Notes under the pieces: model-generated
Seen by the model: only the letters and a program-made list of their open reading frames with translations
Databases searched by the model: none
What the model was told of the DNA's origin: nothing
Program-made: the position numbers and the translations under genes
Shown here: piece after piece, positions 34,552 to 47,480 of the stretch
How the letters are laid out: each line of letters opens with the position of its first letter
Numbering within the stretch: the first letter of the stretch is position 1
Assembly: GCA_047495785.1 (NCBI GenBank)
Contig: JBLDXI010000010.1
Coordinates: 2,232,001 to 2,296,000 of the forward strand
Length of the DNA stretch: 64,000 bases
Source of the DNA: Lepidodermella squamata
Lineage: Eukaryota; Animalia; Gastrotricha
Direction: 5' to 3'

Positions 34552-37284
34552 ATGAAGTTTTTAAACGTACTGTTTTTGATATTGTTGAACTCTTCATCTG
34601 CTCTGTCAGCAGATGAACTCCAGGATGGCAGATCGAAGAAAAACCGTTTGACCATGCTTTCGATACTAATGATGACAGGCTACGAGCCACGAGACAACAA
34701 AATGTGTCAGGCTGCTCAGCAAATGGTCGCTGATATCGTGAACAAGAGAAGCGACATCCTGCCAGACTACCATATCGAATTAGACTTTGTCAACGAAGGT
34801 GAGTATAATAATTGTTTCGATTCTTCTATTCATCGTTTCTTAATTGAAAAGGACCCGGTGGAGCCCAAGCAGTTCGCCAAGCAATCGAATTCGCTCGCCG
34901 AACCGAAGCAATGACTGATGTCTATGCGTCTCCGGTGACAATGGGACCTTTCCTCTCCCCGGCCTGCAAAGCATGGGGTGGGACAGCTGGATACATGAAC
35001 ATGCTCATGATCGCAGGATCCTGCACTTCCCCCGTCCTAACAGCTCGCCGCGGCCTCTATCCGAACATGTATCGAATTCGATCGCCAGCCGAGCTCCCGA
35101 TATTTGCTAGGCTATATTTCTTGAAAGCCCAGACCAAGATCAGAAAGCTGGGCATCATTTTCAACAATGGCAACTCGTTCAACTACGATACAGCTAAGCT
35201 TTTCTACGAAATCGCCCAAGCAAATGGGTTCGAGGTGCAGGCATTCGAAGGAAGCTTGGATTTCAGCGATGAATTCATGGCGCCGTTGAAAGCAAGAGAT
35301 ATTCGCGTGTTTACAATAGAAACTGCTGAAGCAGCTGCGGGTTTGAAATTTTTATGTCAAGCCTACAAGCTTGGAATGACAGGACCAAGGTACCTGTTCA
35401 TTTTCCAGCTGTTGAGCTTCATCGATGTGACAACACTACCTTTCAAAATTTCTGTTGGGTGTAACCGGACTGTGTACTGGAGCAGTTCAAGATGACCTAC
35501 TTCATTGGGTCACCTTTGGATGCTCTTAGACCGATAAGTGGAAGAACGGCTCTTGGTCACACCCTGCCTGAGTTTGAAGCCCTTTTCAGTCACTACACAG
35601 GCGGCGTGGTCACTCCGGACTCGGACTTCCGCCACCTCTGCTACGACCGCATCTTAACCGCTATTATGATTCTCAATGAAACGGAGCGAGTACTCTCTTA
35701 CCGCAACCTGTCTCTTCGTGACTACAAAACTAATCCTCACGAGGTTATGCTGGTAGCTAATGACAGCGCTCGACGCTTAGATTTCAGCAATCTACGCTAC
35801 GGCATATTCAAGTACTCATCTCGAGTCGAATATGACTATGAGCCGCAGTCAGTGACTTACTGGTCGCCTCAAACCTCGAAACTATCCGTTACCCATCAAA
35901 TCACCTGTGTCAGTGATTTAATAACAAATATATCCTCTTACGTGACAGAGGAATTCACCCCCTTGCCACAAGCTCTGCCAAACGATTCGGCTCTGATTCT
36001 AATCGATCTCGGCGCTATTTCCAGGTTGGCAACTGGCATCATTGCAGCATTCTCGAGTATTTTAGCCTCTGCTAAGGTGAGTTATAGTTTATGACTTAAC
36101 TAGTAATTCTGATCGACTAAGAACTCACTATCGAGACATAGTTGTGCGATTCTGCGAAGTAGTTTGAAAGGCTGGTCATGTAAATGGGTTCGGTCTAACC
36201 TGTCTGAAGTGTTCTCAAGTCTGAGGTTTTCTCAAGTTCTTGATCCCCAATAAGATTCCCCTTTGCAGGGCGAACCCATTTCAATGATCAATAATAATAT
36301 GAAATTGATGATTGTCTAAATTTTGAATCGTTGCAGGTATACTGTCTGGCCAAAGCTGCCAAGAAATGGATTGTTCGAATTCTACTAACCGTGGGGTTAA
36401 TTTCCATCGATGCAGCCGCTGCTTTGTTTGTATCACAAGGCAGCTCAGCGATCTGCTACTTCCGCATAGTTTTCCTCACATTGGGCCTTGCTTTCACACA
36501 CGGTAGTCTCGCTAGCTTTACGTTGAGTGCCCGTCGTTCTATAATCCTCAAGCGACTATCGCACGGCCCATCCATATCAGCAGTCGTCGAAACTCGGCTC
36601 TCAACTGGCGAAACAGCTCGTCAGACTCTAAAATTCAAGCAGCCGCGTAGGCAAACTGGCTCGAAGCTAATAGACTCTACCATCGTGGCAGAAGTCAGCG
36701 ACAAAGCTGTTTGCATCGCAACAGCATCTTCCTTAATCGCTCATTTTATCGTCGTCATTGTTTGGTTCGCTTCAGAACCTATGAAGGAGGTTACAGAAGA
36801 TCCGCAAGAAGTGATCCAGATCTACGACTCTAATTTGGATGCCCATTTAGGGACAAGACGCATTTTCTGCTACTCAGCCAACCAGCTTCAATTCATAGCT
36901 GCGTTAGTGTTGATCGATGTTGCTATTTTGATCGTTGGACTCTTCGCAGCCCTTTCAATTGGAGATTTGATCAAACGTTATAACGTTGTTAATGTCAGAG
37001 ATTTGAAGCCTGTGATAATAGCAGTGATCATTGCTATTTCGCTACTCCTCAGTGGGATCGCTATTGTATTCTTACTAGCAAACAGTGTTCATGTCAATGC
37101 GCAAGTTGTCGCAGTTGCGATTTTCTGTCTTATTTATTCGCTAACAGTTGGATCAGCGATTTTCGCTCAGCCTCTGCGCCAGGCTTGCTCGGCAAGTATT
37201 TTCGTGGCTGCCGATCATTTAGAGAATCACATTATAAGCCTGCGTAAGGTATCCCCTGCCCAACAATCGTCGAGAAAAGACTGA
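34552..37284 (+). pseudogene. GABA-B-like class C GPCR copy A with a 1-nt frameshift at about 35473; exons 34552-34798, 34852-36076, 36337-37284
   Basis: cggactgtgtactgg here versus cggactgttgtactgg in copy B; otherwise signal peptide, Venus-flytrap and 7TM are intact. Confidence 0.7.
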
Positions 37285-38267
37285 ATCTTCACCTGATTTC
37301 GATGGCTTTTCCCGATCGGCAAACAAATTCAAGTTTATGATTTATGTTGTGCAAATAATGTTCAAAATGAATATCCTCTTGAAGGATTCGGACGATACAT
37401 AACTTTTGAAAAAATAATTTTGCATTAGATTAATTTAGAGAACTCTTGGAAATATTAACTCCTATTCTAAAGGTCCCGCTGGCTTCATATAGTATCTTCT
37501 CACCGGATCATTTATATTACAAATGATCCGGCGAGAAGCTACTTCTACTTGCAGGGCGCAATCAAAGTGCACATTTCGAACTTTTATTTAGGAATTATTT
37601 AGGAATTTATTAAATGAATTCAACACTGTAGATTTCTTTGACATTAGACACTCAACAATTCCTTCAAGGCTTGCCAGCATATAAAAAAAAACATACCTTC
37701 CGTTTCCCACAAAGCTTCCCCAGCAGAAATGCCTAAAAGCATGAAATGTGAATTTCTAATGGGGAATAATGGATTTTACTAGGATATTTGAGACCTGTCG
37801 TATGGATAAGGTTAAAGTTTCTGCTGTATCGCCCAGCTAGGTCAACCCCGCATTAACAAATGTGCTTAAAGCAGTCGACTTTTTCGGAACTATTTTCCTG
37901 TTTCGAAGAGCTTTTATACGGCGGACTTCGCACGATGAGCATGCATTGAATTCTCTAAGCATATGAAACAAATTAACCACCCAAGTTCAAATTATTTCTC
38001 AAGCGCATTTAACCGATCCTGGCTTCACTAGGCATAAGCTAGTTTTCGAAATTACATTGAAAAAATCGGAAGTGACATTTAACTGGAGGGAGAAAATTGT
38101 ATTTTACTGCGCCAACGCAATGATATTTTACTGCCTCTTTTTCCTGGAACCCTAACTCGATAAACAAATAAAGATAAATAAAATGTAAAATATCCCAGCT
38201 TTTGATTGCATAGGATTACAACCTAAAAGCTCACCTTCGATATCAACCAAACCGCGAACCTTGTAAA

Positions 38268-40733
38268 ATGTATTCCAGAGCAGCGGCAGTCTTCATTATG
38301 CTATCAATTGAAATGGGTATATCCCAAATGGACCGGCTTGATAAGGAGACATATCAAGTAAAGCGTCATCACTTAGCCATGCTATCAATACTGATGATGA
38401 CTGGCTACGAGCCGCGAGACAACAAAATGTGTCAGGCTGCTCAGCGAATGGTTGCCGATATCGTGAACAAGAGAAGCGACATACTGCCCGACTACCATAT
38501 CGAACTAGATTTCGTCAACGAAGGTGAGGAAATTATACATTTCTATAAATTGTCCAAGCCAACTTTACTCTCTTTTGAAAGGACCCGGTGGAGCCCAAGC
38601 AGTTCGCCAGGCAGTCGAATTCGCTCGCCGAACCGAAGCAATGACTGATGTCTATGCGTCTCCGGTGACAATGGGACCTTTTCTCTCCCCGGCCTGCAAA
38701 GCATGGGGTGGGACAGCTGGATACATGAACATGCTCATGATCGCTGGGTCATGCACTTCTCCAGCCCAAACGGCTCGCCGTGGCCTCTACCCCAACATGT
38801 ACCGAATTCGATCGCCAGCTGAGCTTCCGATATTTGCAAGACTGTACTTCCTAAAGACTCAGACCAAGATCAGAAAGCTGGGTATCATTTTCAACAACGG
38901 CAACTCGTTCAACTACGAAACAGCCAATCTGTTCTATAAAATTGCCCAGGCAAACGGATTCGAGGTGCAGGCATTCGAAGGTAGTTTAGATTTCAGTGAC
39001 GAGTTCATAGCGCCATTGAAGGCGAGAGACATTCGTGTGTTTACAATGGAAACTGCTGAAGCAGCTGCGGGTTTGAAATTTTTATGTCAAGCCTACAAGC
39101 TTGGAATGACAGGACCAAGGTACCTGTTCATTTTCCAGCTGTTGAGCTTTATCGATATAACAACGCTACCTTTCAATATTTCTGCTGGATGTAACCGGAC
39201 TGTTGTACTGGAGCAGTTCAAGATGACCTACTTCATCGGATCACCTCTGGACTCTCTTAGGCCTATGGCCGGTCTAACTGCTCTTGGTCACACTTCGCCC
39301 GAGTTTGAGGCTTTGTTTAGCAATTACACTGGTGGCGTTGTATCTCCAGATTCAGACTTCCGTCATCTCTGCTACGATCGCATTCTTACCGCTATAATGA
39401 TCCTCAATCAGACTGAAACGAATCTACAGAGTAGAAACATGTCTCTACGAGATTACAAGACAAAGCCGTATGAGGTTATGATGGTCGCTAACGAAAGTGC
39501 AAGGCACTTAGATTTCGGCAATCTACGCTATGGAAAATTCAAATACTCGTCTAGGGTTGAGTACGATTTCGAACCTCAATCGGTTGCGTTTTGGTCTGCT
39601 GATGCCTCAAGATTACTTTTCACGCATCAGGTTTCATGTATCAGCGATAACATCACGAACATTTCTTCATACGCAGCCATTGAGTTCCTCCAATTACCCT
39701 ACCCATTGCCTCAAGACGCGGCAAAACTTATCATTCAGTTTGATACGATTCCGATCTCATCAACAGCTGCGATATCAGTTCTAGCACTTATTCTTGCCCT
39801 CGCAAAGGTATGACCGCTTTTCCGTCTGAAGTTCGCTTATTTAATATTGCAAAATTCTAACCCAAGGTAATTTTGGCAATTAGAGCCCACGCGAATCACA
39901 AAAGCCCGAGCCGCATTCTCATCTGCGTCTCATTGGTGTATGTCGACCTAGCAGCAGTTTTGTTCGTGTCACAAGGTAGCTCGTCGATTTGCTACGCTCG
40001 AGTCTTCTTCCTTGCGATTGGACTCGCCATAGCCCATGGAACCCTTGTTGGGTTCATTTTTAGCGCGAGACGATCGCTTACAGCTAAGAGGCACCCACTA
40101 ATCCAAGTTCGGCCATCAACTCATATCGCAGCCTACAGAACGTCTAGTCACAACCTTGAGCGGAAAAATGTTGAAGCGAAATCCAAAATTAAAGTCGACA
40201 TTAGCAGCAAGTTTGTCTGTCTCGTAGTTGGGATTTCGATAGCTACTCATCTGATCATAATCCTTACTTGGTTTCTAACTGAAACTCTGTCCGAATTAAT
40301 GCAAGACTTGGATCGCTTAGCTTTGGCCTACGACTTCAGGCAGGATGCGTACTTCGGAATTAGAAGCATCAACTGTATTTCAGATAATCAGTCGATATAC
40401 GTTACGATTTTAATTGTCGTGGACATGACCATGCTACTTATCGGTCTACTCGCCACCTTCTCAACTGCTCCCTTGGTAAAATCGCAACAAATCCATAACG
40501 TGGATCAAATCAAGCCGATGTTCGTTGCAAATATAGTCGCTGTGTCGCTCTTCATCGGCGGCGTTGCTATCGTATTCATTCTTCAAAACAGCAGTCGTGG
40601 GAATACTGTTACAACATTTATCTCGGCGATTTGTTTAGTTTACTCATTCGCTGTTTTTATTCCTACAGCTAGAAAGCTGAAACCCGAAACTGATAATGGA
40701 TCAGTTGAACATCGAAATCAAACTGCAAGCTGA
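38268..40733 (+). CDS. GABA-B-like class C GPCR copy B; exons 38268-38523, 38582-39807, 39867-40733
   Basis: Signal peptide; Venus-flytrap motifs (DIVNKRSDILPDYHIEL, GPFLS, LYPNMYR, DIRVF, LCQAYKLGMTGPRYLFI, YDRIL); no Cys-rich linker; seven hydrophobic segments. Confidence 0.85.
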
Positions 40734-42212
40734 TCCATAAGTGCTTACCGGTTCAGCCGTGTTCAACATTTATCTAAAAATAAAAAGTCTTAAATGGAAC
40801 TGTCTATAAGTATCGCTTTGTAGCAGCAAGTGAAACATTTTGCGTACAGCGCACAATATCCGAGGGTGAAACTTTAAACTGAAAACTCAAAGGTTTCCTT
40901 CAATCTGTGATTTGATAGCTAATAACTGATGTCTTCTTACTAACTTCCATCAATGCTAAAAATATCTACAATAAGGGGTATAAGGGTGCAACGAAGTTGC
41001 GAATGGTTGCTGTATTCACCTGACAGCTTTAGCTTATTGTAGCTGTCTGGCTCAGCCATCGTAAATAGGAGTTCACGACTCGCTGAACATTCTAAAAGCT
41101 GTCAAAGAACCAAAAGTAGAAAAGTTGAAAGTTAAAAATTTTCAATTGGTCAAGTTGCACCAATCGAACAGATGAACATTCAACTGCTTAGCTGATGAAA
41201 TTGTATCGCATCAGCTGTAACGTATAGCGAATAATCAAGAGGCCTTACTTGCTACTTGCTGTGTCGCTCTTCAAAAGTTGTGCTCCAATCACGTTCATTA
41301 TTCTTCGCACCAGTTGCATATAAATAGCAGGTAAATTTTGAGTGTTGTCAGCGTTCATTTAATTACCTATGTTACCATTCTCCTCGACATGAAATACTAA
41401 ACGCTAGCAAAAAAAGACAGGTACCTGCGTACCTGCGTAAGAAGTCCCATAGCTATTGATATAGCGACTTTAAGCAGCCCACTGACGTTGCTCGCAACAG
41501 ACGTTTGCGTAAATGATCATGATTGTTGCGTCACCACTCCGTCATTAGGCAGCTGCCGTAGACCCTAGACGATTGAATATTGGCGTAAATTAGTTAAATT
41601 TAGCGATTCGCAGCTCGCTGAACTTTATTATGATGCCTAGGGAACGCGGAGCATCATTTCTTAGGACGCCTATGGTAACGCAATCATAACTCATCCCTTT
41701 ATTCGAAAGATAACAGCAACTTGATAGTCTTAATAGCAAATTGATACTCAGTCTTTGTATCTGTAATTCGTCTTTAACACAGTCTTTCGATAAAACGCGA
41801 AAAAACCCCACAGTAGCTTATGCTAGATGCTGAAATTTTCCATCCAGATACTGTAATGTGAAACAAAAATTATCACAGATTAGATATTGCTGGATTCATT
41901 CCAAAAATATTGACAGGTTTCTGTTATTCATTTTAGATTTTTTAATTATTATCCATTTAGTCACTTTGCAAGTTGATTATTCAGCAGCCTCCAGGTCAAG
42001 ATAACAAAATTAATGATTCGTTTCTCGCTATATATTGAGGGTCCAATTTTGAAAAATCGCATGTCTCTGCCGCTGTCACGGCAAAAGTCTTAACGGTGAT
42101 AGATAGACGCAAGCAGGCTTCAAAATCGTGATCAGGGCATTCGAAAACCACTACAATTGCTGTCAAATATTCATTCTTCCAGATATAAAAAATTCGGCCG
42201 TGAAAGAGCCAA

Positions 42213-42598
42213 AGTGAAAGTTGTCAAACCGGACTATCTCTAAACCGGACGTTGTCGGGTGGCTCGATCCGAAAGTGTGGACTTTACGTTATAATTTTAC
42301 TGTCTAAACCGGGCTCAATAGCGCATGGAAAATGACGGCACCTGTATGGCATGAGACACTTCGAAAAATTTGCGAATTTTCAATCGGCCCATCATCCCGG
42401 ATCTAGCGACGAGGGTCTATGTAGTTCAAAAGTGGAAAGGTATGACTCGAATGACTTTGAAGTTCATAAAACTTGAAAAAAAAATTTACTTTGTTCCCCT
42501 TATATTTCCCAGTCCAGACCTCATTCGCTATAAAATTATCCGGACTTCGTCTAAACCGCCTTGCGTGACCCCAGTCCGGTTTAGACTACTTTCACTGT
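42213..42598. mobile_element. Tc1/pogo-like MITE
   Basis: agtgaaagttgtcaaaccggact ... agtccggtttagactactttcactgta inverted ends; internal repeated taaaccgg motifs. Confidence 0.6.
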
Positions 42599-43312
42599 AA
42601 TGGTATTTTCGCCGGTTTCAAAGTAAAATGTCTTCATAGCAGCGAGCTAATACTTATGCTATAATTGAACTATCGACAAAATTTTGTCTAAAATAAGTAC
42701 TTAGGTAGAATTGATATCATTTTATCGAATTGGATTATTTTATTATAATGCAATTCTAAATTCAAAAAGGAGAAAAACTGACATTTCAACTGTGGTTGAA
42801 TATTTTGAAATTGCTACTATGTCCCGACTACCATGTCCATGATGTTGTCTAGGCAACATTACTTCTAGATGCTCGACCACTCCGGACTCGTCTATATCAT
42901 GTTACTTGGCGTGTTTGCGTTGTCAAATGCGTTGATGTTACGTGGAAAAATGCTGGCGAGCTACTTTGAAAACTTGATTTGACGTCATTGCTTGCTGATC
43001 TCGGTGCATATTTCGCGCAGTCTTACGTAAACTCACCGACGCACGCGCGAAGCAAAAGTTATTTTCGAATCAAGTAACATCACCGCATGGATGAGCTAAT
43101 TTTACTCGCTTGTGCTCTAAACTGAAGAATCTGTTGAATACTAAAACGACCAGGGTATTCAGGCACCAACATGCATCAAGAAATATGTGCTGAAACTCAC
43201 CCTGCTAATTTTGACCAGACCTCTGACGCAAAAGCTGCGTTTTATCAGCTATTTAAGGTGTGCGCTTTTTCGATATTTGAAAACTTGAATTTGCGATTTT
43301 TTTATATCAAAA

Positions 43313-45853
43313 ATGTTTTTTCGAACACAAGCGCTATATGGTCTGGTCTTGATCAGCCTCATCGCCGAGGTCAATGGTCAGCTGCAAAGTGGAACGAGTT
43401 TCCAACGGAAGCCTCATCGCCTGTCCATGCTGTCAATCCTTATGATGACCGGCTACGAGCCGCGAGACAACAAAATGTGTCAGGCTGCTCAGCAAATGGT
43501 CGCTGATATCGTGAACAAGAGAAGCGACATACTGCCCGATTACCACATCGAACTAGACTTTGTCAACGAAGGTGAGTAAAATAATTGTGTCGATTCTTCT
43601 ATTCATCGTTTCTTGTTTGAAAAGGACCCGGTGGAGCCCAAGCAGTTCGCCAGGCAATCGAGTTCGCTCGCCGAACCGAAGCAATGACTGATGTCTATGC
43701 GTCCCCTGTAACCATGGGACCTTTCCTCTCACCAGCTTGCAAGGCCTGGGGTGGAACAGCTAGCTACATGAACATGCTCATGATCGCTGGATCATGCACT
43801 TCCCCAGTCCAAACGGCTCGCCGTGGCCTCTACCCCAACATGTACCGAATCCGATCTCCAGCCGAGCTGCCCATATTCGCTAGGCTGTATTTCCTGAAAA
43901 CGCAGACCAAGATCAGAAAGCTGGGCATCATTTTCAACAATGGCAACTCGTTCAACTACGAAACAGCCAATCTGTTCTACAAAATTGCCCAGGCAAACGG
44001 ATTCGAGGTGCAGGCATTCGAAGGTAGTTTAGATTTCAGTGACGAGTTCATAGTGCCGTTGAAGGCGAGAGACATTCGTGTGTTCGCTATGGAAACTGCA
44101 GAGGCAGCTGCTGGGTTGAGATTCCTATGCCAAGCCTACAAATTCGGTATGACCGGGCCGAGGTACCTATTCATCTTCCAGTTTTTGAGCTTCATCGACG
44201 TCACAACCCTACCGTTTGAGATATCGCCTGGTTGCAATCGGACGGTCATTCTGGAGCAATTCAAAATGACCTACTTCATTGGCTCGCCTGTCGATGCTCT
44301 CAGGCCCATGACAGGCCGAACTGCACTTGGTCACACCCTACCCGAGTTTGAGGCTCTGTTCAGCAATTACACTGGCGGCGTGGTTACTGCTGACTCGGAC
44401 TTCCGCCACCTCTGCTACGATCGCATCTTGACAGCCATCATGATTCTGAATGAGACGGAAAGAGTTCTCGAGAGAAGAAACATGTCTTTGCGAGACTATA
44501 AAACCAAGCCATATGAAGTCATGATGGTCGCTAACGAAAGCGCAAGGCGCTTAGATTTCGGCAATCTACGCTATGGAAGATTCAAATACTCGTCAAGGGC
44601 GGAATATGACTTTGAGCCTCAATCCGTGGCCTATTGGTCGCAGAGTGTATCACACCTAGTAGTCACCCATCAAGTGACTTGCGTGGACGATGATATCACC
44701 AACATAACATCCTACGTCGCCGAGCAATTCCTGCCTCTACCACGGGCTCTACCAAATGACTCATCGGCTTCAGTCATTAATTTGGGCACTATTTCTACCG
44801 TGGTAACTGCAGTAATCGCAGTTTCATCTGGCATATTAGCTATTCTGAAGGTGTGTATCCCCTGTCAATATTCACCATGCATCTAATCTGTTTTATTTTC
44901 TTAAGGTTATTCTTGTGATCAAGGTCAATCTTCACGATAAGCAATCAAGTCGGCTGTTCGTCGCGGTTGGCTTGATTCTGATCGATGTTGCAGCGGCTCT
45001 TTTCGTTTCCCAAGGTAGCACGGCATTATGCTACGCTAGAGCCGCTTCTCTTGCAATCGGAATTTCCTTGGTTCACGGCAGCCTGACAGGGTTCATATTC
45101 GGGGCCGCTCGATCGATTTCTAAAAAAAGGCGGTCGATACAGTCGATCCAGAGCTTTGGAAAGTCGCCATCAGTCCAGTCAGACCAAATGCAGCAGGGGA
45201 GATTCTTTCGCATATCAGTAGGCAAGACCCCATCAGTTCCATCTGACCAACAGGCAGGGAAAATCTCACGAACGTCAAGCAACGGTCAGCAACGAAGAGC
45301 CATTGTTTCCAAGCTGAAAATCAATGTTGAAGTCAACAGCTCATTTGTCAATATTGTCACTGGAATTTCTCTAGCGCTGCACGTAGTCGTACTAGCAGCG
45401 TGGTTCTTTTTCGATAGATTGCGCGAGTTCACCCAAGAACCTGGATCTGCAGTCTCGATCTACGACCCCATACAGGATGTTAATGTCGCTACGAGGAAAA
45501 TTGTCTGTGAATCGCCTAGACAGATCTATTTCATCTTGGCGATTTTACTCATTGATCTCATCTTGCTGGTGGCTGGGCTCCTAGCAACGGGCCATACTAG
45601 CCAGCTGATTAAGCGTTTCAATGTAGCGAACGACTTTATTGTGAAACCGGCGATGATCGGGCTTCTTCTCGCTGTTTCGCTATTCGTTTGTGGCGTCGCC
45701 TGTGCGTTTGTGCTTCAGACTGGTGCTAATACCGTTGTCATTTCTATCGCTGCATTTTGTCTGATATATTCGCTTGCTATCGGAACTGCTGTGTTTGTAC
45801 CGCCCATGCGTCTAGCAGCCGCAGCTCGGCGATCTTCTTCAAATATCGCTTGA
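43313..45853 (+). CDS. GABA-B-like class C GPCR copy C; exons about 43313-43571, 43625-44850, 44906-45853
   Basis: Same motifs and intron positions as copy B. Confidence 0.85.
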
Positions 45854-47480
45854 TCAGCGATTTAAAACGCAATTCTTTTTGCTTTGTGGTATTGACAATC
45901 ATTTTGTAGACGCAAGACCTTGATGGGTCAAGACTACTCATGATAGCTGCAAGGTTTTTCACTTTATTTGGTTTATTTTTTGTCCAGTAAACAATTTTTG
46001 CTTTTTCATAAGTTTTTAAATGACGGTGAAAGCCCAAGAAGTCGTTCTTAGCGATGTGAATTAACTATGTGATTGGAGGGCAAGGTTTACTTTAATAGCA
46101 ACGCGCTGTATCTAAAACATTGAGGTTATTCGTCTGAAGGCGTATCTTTGGGTATCTCTTCAGTGACAATCAATGTGTACCCTAAAATAGAGATAGTGAA
46201 TGACAAGAAATAATTGATAATTGAATGACAAGAAAGATATGGAAAACGGTCAATTATGCCTAGCCCACATATTGCTTAGCGTGGTTAGATGGACTTCGAG
46301 CTGAGCCCTGCTCATTTCATCCGAAAAACGCATAAGAAACCCAATCCAGTTAAAGCATGAACATGAAACACCTTCATACATTCATGTTCACATCTGCGAT
46401 TCGTAGCACGAGATTAGGAGATGAAGTTGAATTTGAATCCAACAATTGGGGGTAAGTAGGAGAGAAACGCTAAAGAAATTGTTCTCTGAAATTCGTTGAT
46501 TTAGGTTCGTGTTGATGAAAGTGCACATCTTGAGACTTGAACGTTCGGGCTTTCAGAGCTTTCCAAATATGTGTTTGAGTTTCAAGTCTTCCTCAGAGTG
46601 TATGCCTCATTTATCATGCCTAATCGATACCTATATATCCCGATTTGACAATTGCGTGCGTAATTTCCACCCTTGGCAGCCAGTCTAAATTCCTATTATA
46701 AATGTTCGTAGAGCCAATATCACTTTCATTTAAAACGATTCTACCAATCATTTCTCTATTTGTCCAGTTTATGCTAAGGTATCGTGTATATTTCAATTGG
46801 ACAAGTATCGTCTTTTTCAAAAGACAATTATGAAGGCACGACGATTTGAAATTTAAATTTATTGTTTTTATATGCAGTGATTGACCCGTCCTCTGTCATC
46901 GAAAGGCAGAGGGAAAGAAAATCAAAGGAATGTCGAGTTGCTGTATTGTTCGTCTCGGACATTCAACCTCACGCACTTCGATATTTCTGTTAGAACTAGA
47001 AACAGAACGTCTGTGGCATGTTGGCGTTTCAAAATCGAAATTTCGAAAGGTTCAACAGAGCTTTGGATCGTGATGAATTCTCAGAAACATTACCTCAGCT
47101 ATTCCACGGCATGTTTCGTCTTAGAGGTGGATATTCAATCTTCTCTCTCACACGCTTTATTATCCACCAAAATAGATGTATGCTACTGCAAACTTCAAAA
47201 GAATTCACAGCATCATCATAATAACCTGGTGCACCTACGGAAAACATGGTTGTGACGCATTTGTTATTTCCATGGAAAGGCATTGACGTCATGTACAAGA
47301 CTTAATATTCAAGCGAGAGTGAGATCCCAGATTAGCTTGGATCGGGCGATCAACACGGCAGGCTAATCGGTGACACGGGTCTGCGTAACAGGCTCAGCTA
47401 TAAAATCTAAATTGACCAAAAGATTTCGTCTAGACATTTCACAGTACACGAGAATTTTCCATTGTACATTAACTAACAAG

